A stretch of DNA of 38,078 nucleotides, taken from positions 1-38,078 of IMG/VR virus record IMGVR_UViG_3300020036_000999; one strand, written 5' to 3'. This DNA comes from a virus. The notes beneath the pieces are model-generated. The model was not told the origin of the DNA, ran no database searches, and saw only the letters and a program-made list of their open reading frames with translations. This document shows, piece after piece, positions 1-8,671 of this stretch (position 1 is the stretch's first letter; each line of letters opens with the position of its first letter). A program made the position numbers and the translations under genes.

Positions 1-121
1 CAAACCGAATACACTTTTCATTATCCGCTTGAATAGGCGCTATTATTTTTTTAACTTTTAGCTCTATAAAAGGATAATGAAAAGCATACCATCGTATTTC
101 TTTATTTCCTCTACCTTCTAC
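1..121. repeat. Left copy of an exact 121-bp terminal direct repeat (identical to 37958..38078)
   Basis: Base-by-base comparison of the first 121 nt (caaaccgaatacacttttc...ctaccttctac) with the last 121 nt of the window. Implies a unit length of 37,957 bp. Confidence 0.95.
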
Positions 122-301
122 TGCAATATGAAGATGTATAGACCCTTCCTCTATTAAGTTATTATACATAAAGACGACGTTTATCTCGTCTTTATGCTCA
201 AGCGCTATGTAGACTGCGCTTTCATCACTGCAGTATTTTTTACCTTGTTTTTCAGCTATCCATTGACCGCATCTTTCTGGTTGGTCAACTATAATTTTCA
301 T
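1..301 (-). CDS. GNAT-like acetyltransferase, 5' part of the ORF. It runs off the left edge and continues at 37957 in the circular map. Full product is 135 aa.
   Basis: ATG at 301..299 overlaps the TAA of the upstream 525-aa gene (TAATG). Manual translation gives MKIIVDQPERCGQWIAEK...IHLHIAVEG...HYPFIELKVKKIIAPIQADNEKCIRFAINAGFVCEHIIKD..., which resembles the GNAT C-terminal motif (N..a.rf..k.GF..EG). AT-rich, about 32% GC in a sampled 60-nt line. Confidence 0.5.
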   Translation of the reverse strand, partial: MKIIVDQPERCGQWIAEKQGKKYCSDESAVYIALEHKDEINVVFMYNNLIEEGSIHLHIAVEGRGNKEIRWYAFHYPFIELKVKKIIAPIQADNEKCIRF

Positions 302-1878
302 TATAGTACGCCCCCGCCTTCAAATACATAGTCCGTTGCATAATAGCGTAAATCTGAAGTCATACTAGATGTTCTGATTCTAAATGACCCATAATACCCC
401 ATTCCCGCTGCCATTTGCCAACGAGAGAAAGGCTTAATATCACCACCCCATGTTGACGTATCCCAAACACCTGCATCCCAAATACCAGCAGTCGTAGATA
501 GCAAATTGTACGGTTGCGGCGGTTGAGATGTTAAATCAAAGTTAAGGTTAATTTGACCTGAAAACGCAAACGCATAATCATAACCCATTGACACTTTAGC
601 CATTGTCCAGCGTTTTACTTGGCTTTGACTGCCAAACGCAGAAAAAGCAGGTAGAAGGTCAGTATTGATAACTTCGCCATCGTCAGTTGGCCCGTCCCAA
701 AACTTAAAGACTTTACCGTTCTGTCCAAAGAACAGCGTATCGTTAATAAACGTCCAGCAGGTCGCATTAACGCCGGTAAAGCGTGACCATGCCCCGCTAA
801 TCGTGTTCATTACATATTGGTCAAACTGCGTTGAGCTAACCGGCACATTAATAAACAGCATATTGTTAGGCGGATTTAAAATAACCTGCCAGCCGTAATT
901 ATCTACATATGCCGTTGTTGCATCAGTTATACGTTGCTGAATCTTGTTTGTGATAGATGTTTTGACGTTAACACGGCTAGACATGAGCCACTGCGACAAA
1001 GGAACTAAGCCGTCTTTATTTAGCAGTAATACGTCGCCGCCGAATTTAATTGTGCAATTACGCCCAACGGGTGAGCCGCCGTAATAAACACCGTTAAGTG
1101 ACCATGTAGCTGCATCAGCAGGGTTTGTGCCGCTATAGACCGCAATTTCGCCTGCCGTAGTAACAACAACAAAATAGTCATCCATGCCATTACCAGCGTC
1201 CAGCGTCCATGTTTCAATCTTAGCAATACTGCCCCCATTGATGAACAATGGCGCGAAGTCAAACGAAGTTGCTGCGCCAGCAATGGCATCAGTAGCTAAA
1301 TACCAACATTTCATGCTGTTTTTTTGAACAAACCACGCTCTGCGGTGATGCACCAACACGTCGGCTAACAGGCTAGTATCAACACCTGTTATTGCATAAG
1401 GTGTAGATACGCCCGTCACTTGTTGCCATGCCGTGCCGTTATAAAGCAACATATAGTCTTCAGCGTTTACAGCAAGCGTAAATGTGCCACCTGTTGTAGA
1501 CACTTGCCCAAAATGCCATCGGGCGTTAGTAAGTCCTGTGACAACTTCCGTTGCGGCGGTGATATGCCCTGTTGGGTCTTCGTATATAGTTGTTACATCC
1601 CAAACACTGCAATCTCCTTCATCATCCGCTACAGCAAAAGTATGCGCAACACCATTTTGCCCGTCATAAGTAATAAACGATTCAATATTTCCGGTGATAT
1701 TTTGCTGCCACATTGTGTAGCCTTTGCGTGATTGCAATTCAGTAGGCAAGCAAAACCAGTTGTCGATAATAACCGCCTCATTAGGCGACATCGCGGCTAA
1801 TTGATTGACCGCGTTCCACCCACCAATTGGCGCGGTGACAGTGACGGTTCCTGAAGTTTGGCGTTTAGGACGTAGCAT
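301..1878 (-). CDS. Tail nozzle / tail tubular protein B-like (P22 gp10 / T7 gp12-like) virion protein
   Basis: 525-aa ORF. The position after an adaptor-like gene matches T7-like order. The N-terminal pattern GGWN..(L)..P.EA....N......L..R.G and the beta-rich C-terminus are reminiscent of the stabilisation/nozzle family. Confidence 0.45.
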   Translation of the reverse strand: MLRPKRQTSGTVTVTAPIGGWNAVNQLAAMSPNEAVIIDNWFCLPTELQSRKGYTMWQQNITGNIESFITYDGQNGVAHTFAVADDEGDCSVWDVTTIYEDPTGHITAATEVVTGLTNARWHFGQVSTTGGTFTLAVNAEDYMLLYNGTAWQQVTGVSTPYAITGVDTSLLADVLVHHRRAWFVQKNSMKCWYLATDAIAGAATSFDFAPLFINGGSIAKIETWTLDAGNGMDDYFVVVTTAGEIAVYSGTNPADAATWSLNGVYYGGSPVGRNCTIKFGGDVLLLNKDGLVPLSQWLMSSRVNVKTSITNKIQQRITDATTAYVDNYGWQVILNPPNNMLFINVPVSSTQFDQYVMNTISGAWSRFTGVNATCWTFINDTLFFGQNGKVFKFWDGPTDDGEVINTDLLPAFSAFGSQSQVKRWTMAKVSMGYDYAFAFSGQINLNFDLTSQPPQPYNLLSTTAGIWDAGVWDTSTWGGDIKPFSRWQMAAGMGYYGSFRIRTSSMTSDLRYYATDYVFEGGGVL

Positions 1879-1913
1879 TTAATTACCTATTTAGGATACG
1901 AAAAACCGTATCT

Positions 1914-2822
1914 TTACGATGTAGTGTTTCCATAACCCGTATCCGGTATATTGTTCTGGGTGAGTAGTATATTTGGATAGCGTGGCGCGAGGGACAGCGT
2001 ATCTGCGCCGCTCTCTGCTGCTTTCCATTTCTCCAGCTCACGGGTGTAATCCTGAAGCACTGCGGTGGTGTCAAAGCCTTTAATCTCAAATAGCTTAAGT
2101 TTTGTGCCTAGCACCATTACGCGGTCTGGGAATAGCGTTGTATCTGTATCAACCGTTAGGCGTGATTTGGGCGTTCCATCAGCCGCCACAACCCATGCGT
2201 TAGAAACGTATTCAAAGCCCATTACTAGCACTGCGGTAGGCGCAGGCCAGATAGTGAACTTATTACCCATCATTCTAAAGCGCATACGAGGGCCTGTTGT
2301 GACATAGCTTGCTTTAAGCCATTGCCACTCTTGGGCGTCTTTAGGTCCGATAATCGACCAACGGTTTGATTTGTTGTATTGGGTTTTGTCTACCATCCGC
2401 GCATAGTCGCTAGGCATTGCGTACTTAGCTTGGCTAAACGTAATGGTAATACCTGTTGCAGTGGCAGTAGCAGGAATAGAAGTTGTAGCCGTTGTTGTAC
2501 CAACAAAAGTGACAAAAGTGTCTTGTGACAATCCTTCGCCGATAGCCATAAAATCAGTTGATAACCCTGTTACTGACGACAAATTAGTGATGGTTGTTGA
2601 GCCTTCAGTAACATCGCCCGTATATTGATAGTAAACCGTTTCAAAACGGTACTCAGCCGCTAGCGCTTGCCAGTCACGCTCAGTGGATAGCGTGTCGCCT
2701 GTACGGTTCATCAGCGCTTGAATTTGAAGCACTTGAGGGTCTGTTGACGTCGCCACTTGCGTGGGGACAGGCAAACCTATTTCTAAACAGACATCTTGAA
2801 CATTCGTAAGTAGGTTTGCCAT
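1914..2822 (-). CDS. Virion structural protein, putative head-tail adaptor / tail tubular A-like
   Basis: 302-aa ORF with an AAGGAA Shine-Dalgarno (SD) about 8 nt upstream of the ATG. Assigned from its position between the capsid genes and the nozzle-like gene. No motif recognised with certainty. Confidence 0.35.
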   Translation of the reverse strand: MANLLTNVQDVCLEIGLPVPTQVATSTDPQVLQIQALMNRTGDTLSTERDWQALAAEYRFETVYYQYTGDVTEGSTTITNLSSVTGLSTDFMAIGEGLSQDTFVTFVGTTTATTSIPATATATGITITFSQAKYAMPSDYARMVDKTQYNKSNRWSIIGPKDAQEWQWLKASYVTTGPRMRFRMMGNKFTIWPAPTAVLVMGFEYVSNAWVVAADGTPKSRLTVDTDTTLFPDRVMVLGTKLKLFEIKGFDTTAVLQDYTRELEKWKAAESGADTLSLAPRYPNILLTQNNIPDTGYGNTTS

Positions 2823-2827
2823 GCGTT

Positions 2828-3340
2828 TTATTCCTTAACGGTTCTAACTCTTTTGACTTCAGGTGGTTGTGCATCCATCAAAATTTTCATTTGCGCTTGA
2901 AGCTCTGCAATTTGGTCATTTTGAGCTTTAATTAGCTCGTCAGCGTCTATTTTACCACGATTTAAAAAGGCTTGTGCTTTATTGCGAAGTTGAGTGCCGC
3001 CCATAATGCGAAGGAAAGCACTGTCAGGTGCGCCTGCAACTTGTTCAATATATCTAAACCCTTGGTAGGCTAGCTCAATGCGGAGAGTTTCGGCAATTTC
3101 TGGCCACTCCTCCATTGGCGTACCTTTAATATCTTTTAAGCCTTTATAGGCTTGCCATTGCCGTGCAAAACGGGCTTTATGGTTGTCATCGGCAATTGTG
3201 TCAATTGCAAGCGATTTGTCGCCGGGGACATTGATTCGGATAAAGTCGTATTCTTGCCCATCGTGCGTTCCAATGTAGAAAGAAACGTCTAAGTAAGCAT
3301 CGCCGCCGGTGTCGCCGACGTAAGAAATTTTTTCGCTCAT
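2828..3340 (-). CDS. Hypothetical virion-module protein with a C-terminal coiled coil
   Basis: 170-aa ORF in the late operon. C-terminal heptad-like stretch DELIKAQNDQIAELQAQMKILMD. Confidence 0.4.
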   Translation of the reverse strand: MSEKISYVGDTGGDAYLDVSFYIGTHDGQEYDFIRINVPGDKSLAIDTIADDNHKARFARQWQAYKGLKDIKGTPMEEWPEIAETLRIELAYQGFRYIEQVAGAPDSAFLRIMGGTQLRNKAQAFLNRGKIDADELIKAQNDQIAELQAQMKILMDAQPPEVKRVRTVKE

Positions 3341-3358
3341 ATTTAATCCTAGAAAGTT

Positions 3359-3384
3359 GGCGGTAAGCCGTCTAGCTTACCGCC
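3359..3384 (-). terminator. Perfect 10-bp stem-loop downstream of the capsid/decoration genes (attenuator or mRNA-stabilising hairpin)
   Basis: GGCGGTAAGC-cgtcta-GCTTACCGCC lies between the stop of the 164-aa gene (3392) and the start of the next gene (3340). Only a short U stretch follows on the minus strand, so full termination is unlikely. Confidence 0.4.
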
Positions 3385-3391
3385 TTAAAAA

Positions 3392-3886
3392 TTATGCTAC
3401 TTGACCTTGGTGGAATGGACGGTTGATTTGAATCAACGCCAAGCCAGAGCTAGGTGTACCTGTTGTGGTAGATACTTTAGCATTTAAGATTTGCTCACCG
3501 TTTACTTGAGCATCGTCAACGCTGCCAGGCGTTGCAGCTAACGCATAAACGTCAGCGCCAACAGTCATTGCGTTAGGCGCTTTAACAGCCGCAATACCAG
3601 TAATTTGATACCAGCCATATTGTGACGCTACGTTAGCAGACATCGCTACAGCTACAGAGCCAACGCCGCCAGTAGCAGGTGCTAACGCAGTTGTCGCTAA
3701 GTAAGAATCATAATCAACTAATGAACCAACAACAGTTGATGCAACGCCTTTCAAATAAATGAATTCGCCTGCGCCGTATGTTGGGTCTACCGCAGCTACG
3801 ATAGTACCTAATGCGTGGTTTTGAGTAGTATCAGTAATGGCGATACCTTGGAAACCCGCTAAAGGGGTTGTAATGTTATAAGCCAT
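3392..3886 (-). CDS. Head decoration-like protein (DUF2190-like pattern)
   Basis: 164 aa, immediately downstream of the major capsid gene, with a GGAGG SD. The pattern GvA..v..g..G.v...G...vka......G..vy is typical of small capsid decoration proteins. Confidence 0.45.
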   Translation of the reverse strand: MAYNITTPLAGFQGIAITDTTQNHALGTIVAAVDPTYGAGEFIYLKGVASTVVGSLVDYDSYLATTALAPATGGVGSVAVAMSANVASQYGWYQITGIAAVKAPNAMTVGADVYALAATPGSVDDAQVNGEQILNAKVSTTTGTPSSGLALIQINRPFHQGQVA

Positions 3887-3895
3887 GAGTGCCTC

Positions 3896-4894
3896 CTAGG
3901 TTGTGCTGAATGTTGCGTTGAATTGCGCACCAGAACAGGTTAACGCGCCAGAGAAGCCCATTAAGCGAACAATCGCGTCTTGGTTAACTGCTTGACGGTC
4001 ACCGCCGATTGGCACGAAGTTACGGTCTTTGTGAGGACGGAAGTACACATATTTTGTGTTAATAAAGTCCATACGAGTTGCAGTTTGGTTACCACCAATA
4101 CCGCCACCAAGTACAACGTCAGCCGAGCCAGCGCCGCCGTAGAATTTCAACGCAGAGAAGCCTGCCGCGCCTAATTTGTCGTCAGTGATACGTTGGATTG
4201 CTTGCAAAGACGCTAAGTAAAGCGAATAAGCTGTTGAACCCGCATAAATCAAATCAACATGGTCTGTACCACGAACAACTGATAACGCTACTGTGTTCAT
4301 GCTGTTTTGAATGTTAGCTGCTGTAGCAGCGGCTGAAGTCAAACCAGTTGAAGTGTACGCGCCATTGCGCCAGAAAGTCCAAGTAGCGCGGTCAATACCG
4401 CCGTAAGTACCTGTAGATGGCGAAGTGCTAATCATAGCCGCTAAACCAACTAAGTTTTTACCTGCGTTGCCTGTACCGTCACCATGTAAATCGATGTCGA
4501 TTTTGTTGTTAAGTCTTGCTTCAGCAATTTCAACACGGGTCGCAAGCAATTCAATCATTGCTTCTTTGCCGCTGTTAGCTAACATTTCAGGGCCTGAGAT
4601 GGTTACAGCGTCTGCGTAATGCTTTAAATTGAATTGCGCAGCACTGATTGGCGAATCAGGTGAAATATTGATTGTTTCGTAACCACTATAGCTTGACGCA
4701 TAGTTGGTTGCAGGGTCGTTATAAAACAATTCTTGCAAGATGGTTGAACCACCGCTGATTGTTTTTACGTTACCGCGTTCTTTCAAACGAAGTAATAACG
4801 CGTTGTTGTTTGTTAAGTTATCTTGAGCCGATTTGGTACGGCTTTCGATGGTTGTTGCGATAATGTCACTAATCGCGCTGTTTGCAAATGCCAT
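3896..4894 (-). CDS. Major capsid protein
   Basis: 332 aa, follows the scaffold-like gene, GAGGA SD. Size and position are typical of an HK97-fold capsid protein. Assigned by synteny and composition only. Confidence 0.7.
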   Translation of the reverse strand: MAFANSAISDIIATTIESRTKSAQDNLTNNNALLLRLKERGNVKTISGGSTILQELFYNDPATNYASSYSGYETINISPDSPISAAQFNLKHYADAVTISGPEMLANSGKEAMIELLATRVEIAEARLNNKIDIDLHGDGTGNAGKNLVGLAAMISTSPSTGTYGGIDRATWTFWRNGAYTSTGLTSAAATAANIQNSMNTVALSVVRGTDHVDLIYAGSTAYSLYLASLQAIQRITDDKLGAAGFSALKFYGGAGSADVVLGGGIGGNQTATRMDFINTKYVYFRPHKDRNFVPIGGDRQAVNQDAIVRLMGFSGALTCSGAQFNATFSTT

Positions 4895-4913
4895 TGCTTA
4901 ATCCTCGTAAAAT

Positions 4914-5846
4914 TTAAAAACCGTGAAGGCGCATCGCCTGTCTAACGGCATCTTCAGTAGTTGCAGGGATAACTGTTCGGTTCGCGCCCGCAGGTGAACC
5001 TTTAACCGATACCGCTGCTGCCTTTGCTGCTTTTGCAGCTTGGTCTGCCTGCGTTAAATTTTGACGATTCCCGCCGCCTTGCTGTTGAGCATAGACTTTT
5101 TGAAACGTATTATCGTTTAACCGCAATGCTTTTTCATAAGCATCATCCAAGTCGTTTGCAAGTCCACGTTCTAGCAGGTCTGCCATCGTTGACTGCACCT
5201 CGGTAAAATACTCATGACGTTGCGCAAAATCCGAAATTTTAGATTGAATTTGAGCGTCTTCGTGACTTTGTCTAAATTCCGAAGCATCTCGCAGTTGTCG
5301 TTCTTTTTCGTCTAGCTGCGCTTTAAGATTGTGCATGGTTGGGTCGTATGGCAAACCGGCTAGCTGGCTCATATCAATCTGATAATCATGCGCTAATTTC
5401 ATTAGCATTTCCGCTTTTTCTTGGTATGACCCTCGACGAAGCGTATGTTCTGTTTTTAGAAGATTAAAAAACGCGACGTCAGGCGTGACTTGCATTTCAT
5501 CTAAATAATTTTTGTACGGAGCAATCGACTTATCAATGGTTTTAGCAAAGTTAGCCGCCGATTTATATTGCTCTATCCCTCTATGGAACTGTTCTTCACG
5601 CTCTATAATATGCTTCTGTACAGTTTCTGGCAACTTTTCTAATTCGGCTGCCGCTTCCGCTTTCCATGATTTCCACGGTGAGCGTTCAGGAGGAGTTGTT
5701 TTTACTTCCTCTTGTGGAGCTTCCTCGCGAACTTCGGCGGGAGCTGAATCTTCAAGTTTATCCAGCTCACGGCCAATAATATCGTGTGTACTTTCTTCTA
5801 CTGCAACTTCTTCGACTGAGTCTTCAGCCGTCGTTTCTTCACTCAT
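4914..5846 (-). CDS. Scaffolding protein
   Basis: 310 aa. Very acidic N-terminus (EETTAEDSVEEVAVEE), then long helical/charged sequence and an Ala/Lys-rich C-terminus. Located immediately upstream of the capsid gene. Confidence 0.6.
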   Translation of the reverse strand: MSEETTAEDSVEEVAVEESTHDIIGRELDKLEDSAPAEVREEAPQEEVKTTPPERSPWKSWKAEAAAELEKLPETVQKHIIEREEQFHRGIEQYKSAANFAKTIDKSIAPYKNYLDEMQVTPDVAFFNLLKTEHTLRRGSYQEKAEMLMKLAHDYQIDMSQLAGLPYDPTMHNLKAQLDEKERQLRDASEFRQSHEDAQIQSKISDFAQRHEYFTEVQSTMADLLERGLANDLDDAYEKALRLNDNTFQKVYAQQQGGGNRQNLTQADQAAKAAKAAAVSVKGSPAGANRTVIPATTEDAVRQAMRLHGF

Positions 5847-5859
5847 GTGATGTCCTTAG

Positions 5860-6186
5860 TTAATTTAGTTTTGCGGAAATTTCTTGCCGCAAGGCTTCTT
5901 TTTTACGCTTTTGCGCAAAATGGTCTACTTTGGGCGTCATGTCTTCGTTACCAACTTCGCTACACCCATTGTTCTTTAAATGCCTACGATGCTGCCCTCT
6001 ATCAGAAATTATACTACCGTCAATTTGTGACTTATAAGGTGCAAACTCGGCGTGTACAAAAGACGCAGAAATAACCCGCGTCATTATCGTGTCGCAACAC
6101 TCCGGCAAATCATTGTAATCCGCCAGCTTTCTGAAAATGTCTTGCGACGCTCCGCATTTCTTGCAAGTGACTTCATACAGCGGCAT
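5860..6186 (-). CDS. FmdB-type zinc-ribbon protein
   Basis: Start refined to MPLYEVTCKKCG (ATG 6186..6184, TAATG overlap with the upstream stop). CxxC...CC arrangement as in the CxxC_CxxC_SSSS zinc-ribbon family. Confidence 0.55.
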   Translation of the reverse strand: MPLYEVTCKKCGASQDIFRKLADYNDLPECCDTIMTRVISASFVHAEFAPYKSQIDGSIISDRGQHRRHLKNNGCSEVGNEDMTPKVDHFAQKRKKEALRQEISAKLN

Positions 6187-6782
6187 TACGCGGCGTCCTC
6201 TGTCCATTCAAAGCTCAGGTACAAACTAGCGCCTGCTGGAACGGCTTGCCCGTTAAAGTTAATTGCTAAAGACTCTGAAGTACCTCTAAGAACGATGGCT
6301 TTGTCATTGCGAACGCCAAACTCATAGGTCGACGGCAGTGCTGCCGCTCCCGGCGTTGCGCTAGCTGATAAGTATGTTTTATGGGCTTCTACCGCAATGC
6401 CTGTGCCTACTGCTGAAGGATTTGCCGTGTATAGCGCTAATGCCGCTGTTTGTGCATCGTCGGCTGAATCTGACTTTGCGGCGGTTACGTTGGTTGATGT
6501 ACCTCCGGTATTAGCGGTGGTGCGCTTAACAATGTAATGGTCATAGATAGACGCTGTTGTAGCCGTCCCCACAACTTCCACTTTTGTTACGCGGATAACT
6601 TTTGTTGCCGAGCCAGTCAGCACAAGCACGTCAGTGGCCGTTGCTACAGGTGTAATGTCTTGCGCAACATACCGAAATGTGGCGCGTGTCCCGTTGGTGC
6701 TAATACCTACGACATTACCGTCGGCTCTTGCAGCCACTGGAATACCAGTGCTACTAACGGCTGAAATAACTTCAAATCCCAT
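6186..6782 (-). CDS. Hypothetical beta-rich structural-module protein
   Basis: Start refined to ATG 6782 (GGAGAttaaaATG SD). The track's start at 6794 is a TTG. 198 aa, Thr/Ala/Val-rich. Confidence 0.45.
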   Translation of the reverse strand: MGFEVISAVSSTGIPVAARADGNVVGISTNGTRATFRYVAQDITPVATATDVLVLTGSATKVIRVTKVEVVGTATTASIYDHYIVKRTTANTGGTSTNVTAAKSDSADDAQTAALALYTANPSAVGTGIAVEAHKTYLSASATPGAAALPSTYEFGVRNDKAIVLRGTSESLAINFNGQAVPAGASLYLSFEWTEDAA

Positions 6783-6794
6783 TTTAATCTCCAA

Positions 6795-7532
6795 TCATAA
6801 TAATAAAAGTATGGCTTCTTCGTCATCACGCTCGTCTTCAAGCATTTGCGCAATAGCAATTTCTAGTGCAGCCTTTTCAGTTTCTATGCGGAGGATTGCT
6901 TCATAATCCTCGACAAAGGTGTTGGGTTCTTCTACTTCTACTTTAGGCGCAACCTTAACCTTTGGCTTAGGTTCTCCGGTCACTGCCTCAACAGCATCTT
7001 CAATTGCTTTCTTAACGTCAGCGCTGTTGTTTTTATATTCTTTTTTCTTAGCTTTTATCCCGCCCCTTGTTGGCATCGCCGAAGGTTCTGGTTCTTGATT
7101 AGCAAGGAAAATAATATCTTCTAAAGTTACCGCTAACGAGCCTGCATGAACATTTGCGCCTGCCGCTAAGAAAGTTACGCTTTCAAGCGTTAGCGCCATT
7201 TCCCCAGTAACTTTGCCAGCGCCGCGAGCATCAAAGATAATGTCGTCTAATGTAAGCGCTAATGTGCCGTTGTGCTTAATTACTCCCGACACTGCAACCG
7301 CAATATCATCTAGCGTAACCGCTAGACTTCCAGTGTGACCGTTAACCCCTGCTCCAGCAAGCGTAATATCATCTAATGTGACTGCTAATGTGCCGTTATG
7401 CGTTACAGAACCAGAACCAGCAAATACAATGTCGTCTAACGTAACAGCTAACGTTCCAGTGATGCTTGTGCCACTTCCTTGCGTTGGAAGTGCGGCAAAA
7501 GGACTGTCAGCAAAAGGATTATGCCCAAACAT
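6795..7532 (-). CDS. Repeat protein: six tandem 21-aa units plus a Lys-rich linker and an acidic helical C-terminus
   Basis: 245 aa. Repeat units are G[TS]LAVTLDDI.[FL]AG.G....H[NT]. The C-terminus is ...EDERDDEEAILLLL. Confidence 0.5.
   Translation of the reverse strand: MFGHNPFADSPFAALPTQGSGTSITGTLAVTLDDIVFAGSGSVTHNGTLAVTLDDITLAGAGVNGHTGSLAVTLDDIAVAVSGVIKHNGTLALTLDDIIFDARGAGKVTGEMALTLESVTFLAAGANVHAGSLAVTLEDIIFLANQEPEPSAMPTRGGIKAKKKEYKNNSADVKKAIEDAVEAVTGEPKPKVKVAPKVEVEEPNTFVEDYEAILRIETEKAALEIAIAQMLEDERDDEEAILLLL
7098..7457 (-). repeat. About 5.7 tandem copies of a 63-nt (21-aa) coding repeat
   Basis: Protein residues 26 to about 145 read GTLAVTLDDIVFAGSGSVTHN / GTLAVTLDDITLAGAGVNGHT / GSLAVTLDDIAVAVSGVIKHN / GTLALTLDDIIFDARGAGKVT / GEMALTLESVTFLAAGANVHA / GSLAVTLEDIIFLA. 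Confidence 0.85.
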
Positions 7533-7536
7533 AATC

Positions 7537-7971
7537 TTATGGTGCTACTGGAAAATCTACAGCGAAAGGAAACCCTGCTTGCAAGGTAATATCTCTAAGT
7601 GCTTGGCGATAAACCGCCCACGCTAAATTGTCTACAGGTGCATCGGCTAATTGCGTCCAGTCTGATTGTGTGAGTAGCATATTGCGTTTGTAGCGGACTT
7701 CATTGGCTTTTTGAGTATTTTCAGCATCAAGCTCATCTTGTGTTTTATTCTCAACAACCACGTCATACACTACGCCATTTTCAATATACGGCTCAACTGA
7801 GGTGAGTTTTTGAGTAGGTAAGCGTGTTCTGTCTGACTGTATTTGATACGCATTGCGCTCCTGCGCCCACATTAAATCAAGCCCCTCTTGTGGGAACGAT
7901 ACGTTAGGAAACACCTCTGTATGCTCACCATGTGCTGTAATTATGTTGCTTTCAATTATGGCTATTTTCAT
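7537..7971 (-). CDS. Tail fibre assembly chaperone-like protein (DUF4376-like C-terminus)
   Basis: 144 aa. C-terminal pattern R..LL.qSDW.....ap.....W..YRqaLRDi....gFP....P is typical of tail-fibre assembly/XkdW-like proteins. It follows the receptor-binding-domain (RBD)-like gene. Confidence 0.55.
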   Translation of the reverse strand: MKIAIIESNIITAHGEHTEVFPNVSFPQEGLDLMWAQERNAYQIQSDRTRLPTQKLTSVEPYIENGVVYDVVVENKTQDELDAENTQKANEVRYKRNMLLTQSDWTQLADAPVDNLAWAVYRQALRDITLQAGFPFAVDFPVAP

Positions 7972-7975
7972 GTTT

Positions 7976-8671
7976 TTATCCTATTGGGAGTGGGGCTGTT
8001 GGCGGGGTAAAATTAGCTGTATATCTAGCTACACCTTTTGTAATTCTCAGGTCGTATAAATAGCCATTGAAAGAGTACCCTCCAGTAACAGCTTCTTCGC
8101 CAATCAAAGGTCGAGATGACCCTCCTAAATAATTATTAGAGTCAGTATATGTTGAACCAGTTTGATTACCGTTCAAAAATAACTTTGTTTGTCCAGATGA
8201 CTTGCATAAAGTAATATATTGCCATGAACCAGTTGCTAATGTACTTCCAGAGATTACATTTGTTGAGTTAACATAAAATATTATGTTTCCAGCAGGTGCA
8301 AAGTATAAACACGGATAATACCCTTCGACTGAAGGCCGCATATCATATACTATCCTAATAATCCCAAATGAAGTAGGGTAAACCCAAAACTCAATAGTAA
8401 AATCCCCAGTTCCAAAAGTAAACCCAGAACTGGTAGCGCAACGCAAATAATCCCTAACACCGTCAAAATATACTGAGCCACTACCGAATTGACTTTGCGT
8501 AGTGCTAATAACTGTATTTCCAAATATTGTCGTTGCAATATTATTACTAGACGAGTCAACAATATTAGATGTTGTACCATTTGCTCCATTACCGACAAGT
8601 AAATAAGATACATTCGCCCAATACGGGTCACCACCCCCACCAGTAGTTGCAAACCTCGATAACATACTCAT
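7976..8671 (-). CDS. LamG/concanavalin-like lectin-fold protein, putative receptor-binding domain
   Basis: 231 aa. The pattern F.G..dyl......f.fg.gDFTIEfWv and the C-terminal ..G.lyDlRItkG.aRY fit LamG_3-type domains. Strongly AT-rich relative to its neighbours. Confidence 0.55.
   Translation of the reverse strand: MSMLSRFATTGGGGDPYWANVSYLLVGNGANGTTSNIVDSSSNNIATTIFGNTVISTTQSQFGSGSVYFDGVRDYLRCATSSGFTFGTGDFTIEFWVYPTSFGIIRIVYDMRPSVEGYYPCLYFAPAGNIIFYVNSTNVISGSTLATGSWQYITLCKSSGQTKLFLNGNQTGSTYTDSNNYLGGSSRPLIGEEAVTGGYSFNGYLYDLRITKGVARYTANFTPPTAPLPIG

Noticed and set aside
1895-1912. 6-bp hairpin GATACG-aaaaac-CGTATC immediately after the stop of the 302-aa gene
   Set aside because: The stem is short with no following U tract on the coding (minus) strand. 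It is too weak to call a terminator, though it may be a minor RNA structural element.
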